NCBI GenBank assembly: GCA_964629685.1 | Contig: CAZVTT010000003.1 | Span: forward strand, 86,038 to 150,037 | Length of the DNA: 64,000 nt | Direction: 5' to 3' | From: an uncultured Gammaproteobacteria bacterium | GTDB lineage: Bacteria; Patescibacteriota; Microgenomatia; UBA10105; UBA927 | In this document: positions 11,701 to 23,700 of the stretch, in pieces | Numbering within the stretch: position 1 is the stretch's first letter | How the letters are laid out: each line of letters begins with the position of its first letter | Made by a program: the position numbers and the translations under genes | Notes under the pieces: generated by a model | Seen by the model: the letters and a program-made list of their open reading frames with translations, nothing else | Databases searched by the model: none | Told to the model about the DNA's origin: nothing

Positions 11701-14700
11701 CGTGGATCTATTGTAACTCCGTACGGAATGCCTGCTGGCCAGATTACCGATAATTCCGGAACCGTCTACCCCCTCGGGTGGAGGAACCGGTACCGGTACC
11801 TGATTCGGCATCAGGTATGTCGGCAAGGTAAACAGATATTTAAATGGTAGCCATGCTAATCCGTTTATTCCGGCTGCCACTCCGTGTATGGTTTTGACCG
11901 CGCTGTTATTGGGAAATATTTTTGTTCCCAACCAGGTAACCCGTTCAATAACAGTGGTAAATGCTACCACTTTAAGATATTCCGGATTGGCAAACGGAAC
12001 CATGCTCGGCAACGACGTTATATCATCCGGGGAATCCTGATTTGTACTCAATATCCGTTCTAACGGATGAAGCTTTTTCGTAGGATCAATATGCTGTACA
12101 TATTGTTGAATTTGTTTTGCAGTGAGTGACTCGAGTAATACTGCCGCATCTTTACCATTAGCCGTGGTTTTATATATCTTGATGACGGGACTAATACTTC
12201 CCTTCCTCACTTCATATCGGATTCCCAATTTGTCGAGTAACGGTAAAATTTGGTACACATCCTGTATTGGAGAGAAATTCTGCTTACGGATCTGGGAATT
12301 ATATCCGATCACCGGCTGTTCCGAGCCTTCTTTTCCCTCGGATAACTGAAATATAAAATATCCGTCTTTCGACAACACCTGCATCACGCCACTAATTTGC
12401 CGGATTAAATCCTGTGCATCCGGTGAATAATGCTGAAAGTTAATTCCGATAGCCATAGCCACATCAACTGTCCCGGGCTCTACTACCGTATGGGCTTGTT
12501 CTGCAGTAACGCCATGAATTCTATCCTCAATGTGAAGTAATTTATGAGATACGATTGCCTCCTGTGCCTGTATATCATCAGGATATTGGTATGAAGGCTC
12601 CAAACCGGCTACTACCGTATATCCTTCGCGATCCAGATCGCGCACCGCTGCTCCCATGCCTACGCCAACTTCCATAATCCGCCGGGTATTCGTTTTCCAA
12701 TCGGTGAGTTCATCATCCGTCACACCCAACATAGCTTGGCCTGTTTGGTCAGGGTAATGCACGCCGTCAAGAGAAGGACTGCTGGTAAAAAATGGTCTTC
12801 CGGTTACCATCCACGGGGCTCGTTCACTGTTTGACTCTTCCCGAAGAAATACCGGTAATGCGGCAATGAGGCTATCCAAATCGTCTTGAGGAACTATTGC
12901 TACAGGTAAACCGAGAAGATATGGATGTGCCGGGAGTGCCTGAGCTTGCGACTGTTGTTCTAGATTTTGTTGCTGTTGGCCTATAAATGCCACTTCTGCA
13001 AATAATGTTGGGATGGAAACGTGTACGGGTATAGAACCTTTACTGGTTATTAGATACCCTTCATACACTCGTTCATGTGTCCTGCTAGCACCGGTTAACA
13101 ACAGTTTAACTGGCTGATTCCCCTCGGCATCAGTTAATACAACTTCGACTTCTTCCCCATTCTGGACTCGGGAACGTATGTCTCTAATGGAAACAATACT
13201 GGCCGTAATCTGCTCCGGCGTTGATTTGTTCTGTTGAGAATTTATTGACTCAGATTGTGGTTGTATTTGATCGTTAATACCATCAACTGGTTCGTCCTCA
13301 GTTGTAGAGGAAGCGTCGGGCATTGTTTGCACTATCGTTCTCCCTAACCACAAAACCGGTGCCTGCCAGAGCGCGGTATCAGCAATTTCCACACCGTCTT
13401 CCAGTACTTTCCTGGCTGCTCCGGGAAGGGCACACTGCCCGCCGGTTGTTCCCCCATCCGCCGCAAACACCGGCCGTAACAATCTCATACCGGTACCGCA
13501 ACGATTATTCTGATCATCAAGCCATTCCTTAACACCTTCAGTCGCGTCGAGAACAATCTCCTGAGCTGCCGTTTCAACAGGGAGATACGTTTCGGCCTGA
13601 GAGTCTGCGTTACTGCTCTGAGCTTCCTGCGATGGTTCGACCTGTACCCTGCTTAATGTTACCCGGCCATTGTCAGTCGGATCTGCATACACCCAAAACG
13701 TATTTGTACCGATGGTAATAAAGTCACCACGGTGTACAGTTCTGATTTCATAATACGGGACAACCTTATCATTTATTGAAAATATGGCTGAGGCTATCAC
13801 ATTTTGTACCGCCAGTGTCTCATCATCAATCCGCCGGACTTCCAGCCGGATACCCCTGGAATAAGTACCGGGTAATAACAAAACATCAGGTACATCATCA
13901 GGCGTATACGTCCCAACGGTTACGGTTTGATTCTCCGGAATATTCAAAGTAAACAATTTCTGGCGTACCAGTTGCGATCGCCGAAGTGACGTCAGAGACC
14001 GTGCCGGCAACACTGTCTTTGCTTCATATTGTGACCGGAAATATTTATACGTAGCTATCGTCTTTAATACCTGTGCGTGATATTCATAGTCGTTTCCGAT
14101 ATATGAGTCTTTACTTTTTATCCACCGATTGTATTCGCTTATCCATTGCGCAATCTGTGCATCCTCAGGATTGGCTTGCATCAATGTATTGAGATACTCA
14201 GCGTACCGTCCCAACAAGGTCGCGGTAGTATCAATATTAGAATTCCCGCGCGATAACGCCAATAAATAATGTGCCCCTTCTTCCAGTCCCATCAAAAAAT
14301 ACTCCCTGGCTTGAGTGGTTATGGTTGAAGTATGCGCTTCGGGGGCTGACTGTTTTTGTGTTCTCCGTGAAGTTAATGCCAGGCTAATTGCCTGACTAGC
14401 TAAGTCTGTACCGTAATAGCCGATATATGGTTCACCCATAAACTCATCCGGAACCGATGAGTAGTACCCGAAAGCATCAACAAACGTTGCCCGAAAATTG
14501 TGTATTTGTGCCTGTGTAGCAGCTGTATACAATCTCCCGGAAGTAATCAATACCGGGAAATTCAACGCATCTCCTCCATTTTGTTTTGTGGCTAAGCCGG
14601 GAAAACTTCCGAAACTGAATTGCATACCAAGTTCCGTATATGCCATCAGTTCTGCAGCAGCTGAATAAACTTTCTGCTTTCGCAGGGAAATTCCGGTCTT

Positions 14701-17700
14701 CTTTATTTCCGCGTCTATATCGTCTTTAATGGGTGACTTCGCAATGAAATCCATATAGTAGGCTTTACGAAGACCAATATAATGCTCAACATACTGATCA
14801 AACTCTGCAGCAGTTTTAAAGTCTCCAAGCGTTGGTCTCTTCTCCACGGGAACAACAGTAAATGTTGACGCAGCAACCAGTTGGGTTACTTTTTCCTGAA
14901 CCTCTTGTCCCAACCAGTTCTTCCGCACACGGATTACTGTCTCAATTCCTTTCTTTCGATGAGTAAAGGATTGTTCTCCCTCCGGGTATATCATGTTTAA
15001 TTTCTCCGCTAATGCACTTTCTGAATCCGCCGCGGTTACGATTACCTGTAATAACGGGTGACCGATGCTGCTCGGCACATTTCCAGCCCAGGTATAGTCA
15101 ACAGCTATATACCTATTCCCTACCTGATACACCTGGCGGAGCAAAGCTGTATTCGACTCTCCGACCGGTGCATCTGAGAGAATCAACGGAAGATGTTGCG
15201 CAGTGAATGGATCTAACTCACCGAAACTGAACACATTTTTCACATCTCCTACCAATGGTTTTATCTGGTGAACCTGGACAATAGTTTTGAGCTTTCCTTC
15301 CCGCTCGCGGAGTTGGCGTTGGAATTTAATCCGCCAGTCGTTTACGATACTCCGGTTCATGCGGTACACACGAATTGCAGCCAGGTATATTCTCGGATTT
15401 ATCCAGTCACGTAACGGATACGTTTTGAATATATTTGAGAGACGCTGTTGCAACAAGAACGGATAGAATTGGGGAATCGTTTCCGTTTGTAACGTCGCAT
15501 TAGCTCGCTCTATAGCAGCAGCAATACGCTGCTGCAGTCTGATGGCTGCTTTGTACTGTTCCTGAATACCGTTCGGCAGTATCCGCACGTACCACGGTAA
15601 CACCGGTTCAACCACAACCGGTTGTGATACCGCCACCTTCTGCGTGGTTTGTACCTCGGCGTTTACTGCCTCTGTTTGGCTAAGTTCTGTTTCCGGTTTG
15701 GTTTGCTGTTGCTCAGGTTGAGCGGGAGAAGCCGAAACCGATACGGTTCTGAGCACCCACAACGCCGGAGCCTGACCGATAAATTCGCGGGCAGGATACA
15801 ACAACCTTCCCAGCAGACTGCACCCTCTCCCCGATTGGTCCGCTGCGTATGCCTGAGGTACCAATCGGAATGCCGCACCGGCACAATCTTCAGTTACATC
15901 ATCTACCCACTCATCCGTGGTTTCATCCCAACCCGGTGCGGCAGCAATCGGCTCAAACGCTTCCGGATGGTACATCCATTCATAATAGATATCCCGCATG
16001 TCTCCGGGGTTTAATGTCGGGTCAGATATCGCTATCCGATAAATTTGCTCACGGGTAAGATCGGGATTTTTCCGTCTGGCTTCATCTATGACATACTCAC
16101 GCAGAAAAAATTCCAGTTCTTCGTCTGCACGCGGTGTAAAATATGATTCGTAGCTCAATGGTCCATCGGGAAATCCGGCCGTATACCCCGAAATAAATTC
16201 GTCCTGATCATAATAGAAGGCCAGCAAGTCAGGTATCACCCCATATTCCCATGCAGGCAAAATTATACCGCGACTGTTAAGTAATGCCCGGGCATACGTA
16301 TCGGCAATGCCGGCAGTACCGCGTTCATACGGCATCATGTTAATTAATAAATAGTATGATTCCGCAACTGCCCGCTGTATTTCCGCTTCATCAGCAGATG
16401 TTCTGACTATTGTTAACAGTTCCTGTAAACGTTCGTACACCACCTGCTGTTCCGCTTCCGTAAAATACAGATGATATATTTCGTTGCCGATCATGCTACC
16501 CGGATTATCCGTACGGACCAAAATACGCTGTGCCAGAATACTGACTCCCTTAACGGTAATCCGGTGTTCATACACAGTGACGTTGGGTGATTTCGGATCT
16601 GGTGTCCCTTTTTCCTGAAACCAGGGTCGGGAAAACGAATACATCAATTTGGAATCCCACCAATCAAAATCCGTCGTTTGCAAAGACGTGGTTAACGAAT
16701 CATCCCGCTCTCGTCCGAAGGCAGCATCCGTTTCTTCTACGCCGGCTTTCCTGGCAGCGACCAACGCCTGTAAAATATCCTGTGGAGTAAGCGTTTCATC
16801 GTCCCTGATTGGTGCTTTCAGCGTATCGATAGCTTCAGCCAGCGGTAGGGCAAATTTCGGATTAAAGCCACCGAATCTCCTATCACGCAGCACTACATTC
16901 GTCCAGGGATAATCCGGTGCCCGGCCACCATGCTCCCGGATATATGCTGCCATCTTTTCCACTTCCCTGTCCCAGATCATTTGGATTAATTCTTTTGTCC
17001 AGGTGTTATCTTCTCTCCGTACTGCACCGAGATACACGGTCATAAAATCACCGGTACTGATCATCTTCTGTTGATCCTCTTCGGAAAGACTGTTCCAAAA
17101 ATCCTTCCATGATTTTCCGGAGGATTGCGGTTGGGGTAACTGCGGAGCAGGCTCCGTATCCGGCCGGATCACATCCAGAACAGCCTCCCCTTCGTGTACC
17201 AAATCGGACCACAGGGTATCTGCCGGTACATTCGTACCAGGATACCGTTCATTTATAATGGTAGAAATATCTGTTTGTCCTGTTAGATAGGCATCGATAA
17301 CGTCTAACATTTGTTTGTAACTTTCTTCTGTTAACATATCGAGCATGTCCGTATATCCCTGTGTTCTGATATTCTGTCCGACATTGCGGATACGGTACGC
17401 CTGCTTAAATTGTTCAAGTGAAACAGGAGTTGGAGCTCCATTGGCATACGCAGCGTTCCTAAATTCCAAAAACGCCAACAGAACATTACCGCCATGCTGT
17501 ACTATCCACGTCTCTACACCTATGCCACCCAATCCATGTTGATCAGCCGATTTATAAACATTTCCTTCTTTTAAAATCAATTTTGCTAAAACTATATTGG
17601 CCAGTACCGTTTCCCGATGTTGTGTGCCGATTAACGGATCTCCTGCTTGTTGTTCAATCGCTTGTAGTTTCTTTTCAATTACCTGACTGGGAGTAATCAA

Positions 17701-20700
17701 ACTATCCGAACCCTTTATAAATATTCCCAGGTCGAAATCCACCGCTTGATCATTGACTGTCGCACCGGTAACCCGGATTTGCACATATCCGGTGCCGTTA
17801 TCTATTACCGTCAGATTCGCACCTGCATCCAACCGGTTCCGGATGTTATTGGCAAGAGTAGTCGCTTTTTTGAAATCAGCACTATTTACAGACAAATGAA
17901 AATCGTAGTCGGCATCACCCGGTACGTGAGTTTGCCTACTGGTGGAACCGGAATACAACAATGTCGCATCCAACTGACTTTGGCCTGCAACAGTTTGATA
18001 ATTCATCCCCGTATCCGTAAACGCTTGCCCGAGCAAACGAATCACTGCATCTCCGGTTACGTCAGTTTGGGTATCGCCACGCATCACCTCTTTAACCGCA
18101 TCCACATCACGGGCATGTTGCTGTCTTCTGCCGTTATGTAAAAGATCATCAATTAGTTCACCGGCAGTCGTATTTGCGGTAGTATCTTCAAACCCGATGG
18201 TATCGTTCTGGAAATACCCGATACCGGCAAAATCAGCCCGTAAATTTTCGTACTCCGTAAGGGTAAAAATAACTTTACCGGTTTGATCTGTAACAGGTAT
18301 GTACACGCCGTTAGCTGCAATGTAATATTTCAGACGGGCTAAGGCTTCATCTCGTAGATATGCATTGTCACTAATAATGAATGCACTTATATCTGACCAG
18401 GCAAATCCTGTCCGTATTCCGTATTGCTGATCCGAAAGCGTCGAAAAGTATTCGTACCGTTGCTGATCATACGGTGCCCTTGTTTGCCCGGATGTATGCT
18501 GAAACCGTTCATCCGGTTTTAGTACCAACATAATGTCTCCATACCCTTTTGCAAGAGAACCTTCCAACGCGGCCCGAAACGGATCCTGCGACTCGGAAAT
18601 ATTCGGCATTACCAAACTTAAATCCGTATCAAATGGTGTTAAATCAGAAGATGCGTCAGCACCTAACAATTCGGGAGCAGTAAATCCGTTTCTCGCAACA
18701 GATTCCAGAAATACGGAACGGAATCCTTTCAATAAATCGCCAGGCCGAATATCTACATACTGTTCGCCTTTATCGTTTTCCCGGAGCTGTGCCGTATTCC
18801 GCTCAGTAGATTGTGCTTTAATTTGTGCAATATCCTGCAACATGTCCGCAAGCGACGCGTAACCTAACGGATACAGGAATTGCTGACCGTACCATTCCGT
18901 AACTGATTGCCCATCCGATATTTCCAGTGCAGAACGTAGTTGTGCTAATTTTGACTGCACATCTGAACGGAGTGTTTCTGCGGTTACACTTCCCTGCTCC
19001 GGCAAGAGTGAACTATTTATAATCGTAATTAATCTATTCAGGGTAATATTCGCCTGCGTAAGTTCTTCTTGTGTAAGTTGTTCGCCCGATTCCATCCGAT
19101 GCAGCAACTGCTCTCCCGAAGCTAATTCACGGATAAATTGCACGAATGTCCACGACCCGCCGCGTAAATGGATGCGCAGTAAATCAGTATAAATAATTGC
19201 CCGTGCAATCCTATCTTGTCCAACTGCCCGCTGCAAAACCGGAGAAGAAAAATCATATGTATTTTCCCGCAGTCTCTCCGCAGGATACAAAATATCAAAT
19301 ACCCGGTATATCTTTCCCATCGTGGGAAGATTGTTAAACGCAAACACGGCAAATATTTTATTGTACGTTTCCCGTGGAGACGGTGTCTGTAATATTTGCG
19401 CAAATATTTCCAATTTCGCCCGTTGTATCTCCGGTAAAGGAGAGTTAACCAGGTCCAAAAACACATCCACATTAGCCATTAAAACCGATTTATTTATCCT
19501 CATCATCACCGGCGCCAACTGTTCCATTTCCTGGGTGCGCAATCCAAACATGGCATCCCAGAATTGACGTTCTGCCACCGGCAACGTTGCAAGTACTTCC
19601 GCATTCATCACTTCATTGACCGGCGGCAACACGGTGTAATGAGCGAGTTCAATGAGCAGACCGGGATTCAAACTCTCGGGACGATCAACGACAATCGCGT
19701 TATTCCGGATGAGCGGTAATATTTCAGCCTGATGTGTTAGGAAAAAATAGCGGCGCTCGTACTCTAACGGACTATCGACGACTTCTCTGCGATAGAATTG
19801 CCAGAATATCAGCTCGTTTCCGGTAAATTGGTTTACCACTTCTTCCGTCAGATATGCATCCAGTAATTCGGTATACCGACTAACTTCCGCCGGATTCCTA
19901 CGGATGGATTCATCGATTGCCCGCACAAAAGCTATTGGCGTTACTCCATCTATGGGGAATTCGGAAACCCCGCGGGCCCTTAACTCGACCAACGCCGGAC
20001 GCACATAGCCGCGTGAATTTAATACCAAATCCCAAAATATGCGGTCTGCTTCTGTCAGCGATTCGTTGCCTTCAAGCACTTCCCGAATAACGGTATCTTC
20101 GAATTGTGCTTGGTTTAACGCCAGATAGAAGGCTGGTTGTACTACCCCGTCTGTAAAAAACGCATTTACCTGACCTATATGATCATGCAAAAATTCACGT
20201 ATTTCATAAAATCTGTATACATATTCCCACATGCGTTCTGCCGCAGGTGTTAACCCAAGCGCGCGTATTTGGTCAAATGGTACTAACGTATTTACTTCCC
20301 GCCAACCATCCGGATACGCATATATTTCAGTCAAAAACGCCTCAGTAATATTCCCCTCTTCATTAAAATACGAAGTAAAGTTTTCTCTATTGGCAAACAA
20401 AAACTCCGATATATGCAGCGGTGCATCTTTCATCACTGTCCAAAATCTGCGTTCCGCATCGGGAAACGCGTTAATCATATTCTGAGAAAGTATTCTTCCG
20501 TACCACACTGAAGAAATACCGGACGATTCCAACGCGTAAAAGAATTCGGGTGTTACCGCACCATTCCGGACAAATTGTGACATTTCGGAACTATGGGTAC
20601 TGATGAACGCGAGTACTTCCCGACTGGTTATCCCCTCCGTTAATTCATCTTCCGTACTTTCCGGACGTTCCTGTAGCCTTCTCAGTAAGGTATTCAAATC

Positions 20701-23700
20701 CGCAACACGGGTGTTCGGTCTTCTCTGCCTGCCCCACAATTCCCTGGTAGTTGAAAACAGTTGTACGATTGTTTGTTGTGCTCCCTCAAGAATAGAGGGC
20801 TCCTCTAGTACTGATTGCTCCGGAGAAAACACTGGTACTAATTGGTCTGCCCGCGGCGACGGTAATGGCGTTTGCGCTTGATCCTCACGTACTGACGTAT
20901 CCTCTGCTTCGCCTTCTTCCTGAAGTAATTCACTATCCGTTTCTGCAGCTTCAGTTTCGGGAGGAACACCCGGATTTTGTTGACGTACCGGAGTAACGGA
21001 TTCGATCAATTGCGTTACTCTGTTTACGAGTGAAGGAATGAATCCCACGTTTGGCTGTTCCGGTAAGGCTATTGCCCCGGTATACCCGTTGGCTCTGGCG
21101 TACGCTTCAAGGGCAATTATTTGATACGCGAATGCTTCCTGCAGATATTGAAGTTGATCCGTTTCTCCCGGTTTTAACTCACCTTTTAGCGCTTCAAATA
21201 TCACGTTCAGCGCTAACGTATTTGCGGCGACAGCTGTGTCTACCTGTTCCGCAGTGAGTGGCCGGTGGTGTGCCGCTGCCACTTCCGCCATGGTGTTTAC
21301 CGCCTGCAGAATCACCTGATTCCCGGGTATGCCGCTTTCGGTATGTCTGCTCAAATGTTCCTGGGCCAACCTGAGCAAATCACGCATATGCTGTTCTTTG
21401 GCCGGCCCGGTAGCATCATGAATTTTCTTCAAAAGTTGATTTGCCTGACCACGGAATACCGAACATTCTTCACAACCGTTGGGGTCACCCACATCGTTTG
21501 CCTTATCTAACGCATCTTGGGCATATTGTTCTGCCTGAGTCAGACGGGCTTCAGGGTTCACCACCTCGCGTATCGCTTCCAGTATCGTTTTTAACGGAAC
21601 CTGCTCTTCGTTCGTCAATCGGCGGATGTCAGTATTCACCCGGTTTAAATCTCCTACCAATTCATCAAACTGTGCCGTATTTAACGTCAGATCATATATC
21701 TGTGCGTCGGCGTCTATGGTCGTCACCGCCGTAGTCCGTACCGGTTGAATCCGTTCTCCGGCCAACAACGTATTTAATCTGGCGAGCAATCCCAACACAT
21801 AAATCCGCTGTGGTATTTCGTGATGCAGATGCGATACCCATTGTGCCTGTGTTTTTATGTCTCCGGCTGCTTCCGATTTTGCCCAGGCATCAAACGAGCC
21901 TTCCCGTTTTCCCTGCCAGGCTTCCAGAAGCCGTAAAAATACAGCCAGTGTATCTGCCCGGAAGAACGGTATGTTACGGGTTTTTATGGCTGTATATACT
22001 GCCCGGGAATATCTGTTCGCTTCCACAAACCGTAATTCCATGTATGCTCCGTCCTGTCCGGGTATACCAAATGATTTCACCGACTGTTGCGCTTCGGTAA
22101 TCTGCAGCCTTCCACCGGCTTCGCGTGAGAATCGCTGTAGGGTGCGGGTACCCTGACCGGTACCGCCGTCTTTCGTCGTCTTCCCGACATTAAAGTCACC
22201 GTTGGTAAAGTTTGCCGGTTTAAATCCTGATCCACTATCCTGAATTCCTATTACAACTTCTCCTGTATTTGGATCAATTCCGAATCGGACCGTAATTTCC
22301 ACGTCCGAACCGTTTATTTCATATGCATTCTGAATAATATTCTGGAACATAATCTGAAGCGCACTGGGTCGGAACCGAAGTTGCAACGGACGCGCAGGAG
22401 GAACTACGGTAAGTTTTATACCTTTTATCTCAGCTAGCGGCGCTACCATTTCATTTAGGAACGGTTCCAGTTCTACTTCCGCAATATCGTCTCCATTTAT
22501 ATACCTGCTCCACATATCCACCACCCTGGCAGCGGATCGGAGATTACGGTTGGCGCTTTCATACCATTTGCCATACAACTGTTCCGACATGGCATCAGGT
22601 AACGCACCCATACCGGAAAATTGTAGATACATGGACGCATATCCTTTCATACCGGCAAGCTGGTTACCCAAATCGTGACGTAATATTCCCCATGAATCGC
22701 CACCGTCTTCATCCCGCAACTGTTTTAATATTTCGAGCAATTCATCTGCCAAACGCACCACTTCGGGTCCAATCCGTGTTACCGCTTCGGTTCTTGCTGC
22801 TGTATTTGCCGGATTCTCAGGTAATTCGTCGATGAGTCCCCGCAGGTTTGTAAGATACGTATCTATCTGTTCAAACGTGGCATAAATTTTATCGACATTT
22901 CGGACTTCCGGTTCCGGCTCCGGTTCTACTAATGATTCAGTATTTGATACTTCTGTCGCGTAGCCCCACACATACACTTGCTGACCATCTACTTCTATTG
23001 GCCAGCGTACCAGACCGACAAATGCATGCGTTCCCCGCTCTATACTTTCTATTTGGGCGAGTTGGACGATTTCGTCCACCTGTCGGTTAATACTGGTAAC
23101 CCGTTGCCCCGAAACCGGATCGGTCGTTTGTCCCCACCGTCTGGCAGATGGCCGTAAATCCGTGACAGTGGCAGGGTTAACGACGACTTCACCTGCATTA
23201 ACCGTAACGCCGCCGCGTAACATGGCATACCGCGATCTGCCGTCTTCGTACAGGTCTCCCGGAAATTCAACCTGAAGTACATGAATATCTACCGGAGTAC
23301 GCTCGGCGGTCTCATCATTGGCGTTGGCATCCATAAAGGCGGTAAACCCGGTAGCTGTAGGTAGTCCGTCCGTAAACTGACTGGCCTGCGGATTTTGTAC
23401 CCACTCCACATCACCATCTGCTATGTTTCCGATATCACCCAAATGTAAAATCGTACGCGTTTGTCCGCCATTTTTCGGCTGATATTCCCAACGGATTACG
23501 TCATTGTATCCGGGAACGGCGCGGATACCTTCCGGTTCAGATTGTTGGGTAAGCGCACGGGATGTTAACGCTCTGGCGGAAAATTGTTGGGTTCCACTGG
23601 TGGTTGGCTTTGTAGTGGTTTCCGTTGTGAATGGATTTTGTTTCAAATCGGCTATGAAAGTATCCGCTTCCGAAATACGGAAATGACGCTGTGCCCGTGC

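Noticed and set aside
23400-23470. TILHLGDI resembling metallophosphoesterase motif I
   Set aside because: The downstream GD, GNHD/E and GHxH motifs are not found.
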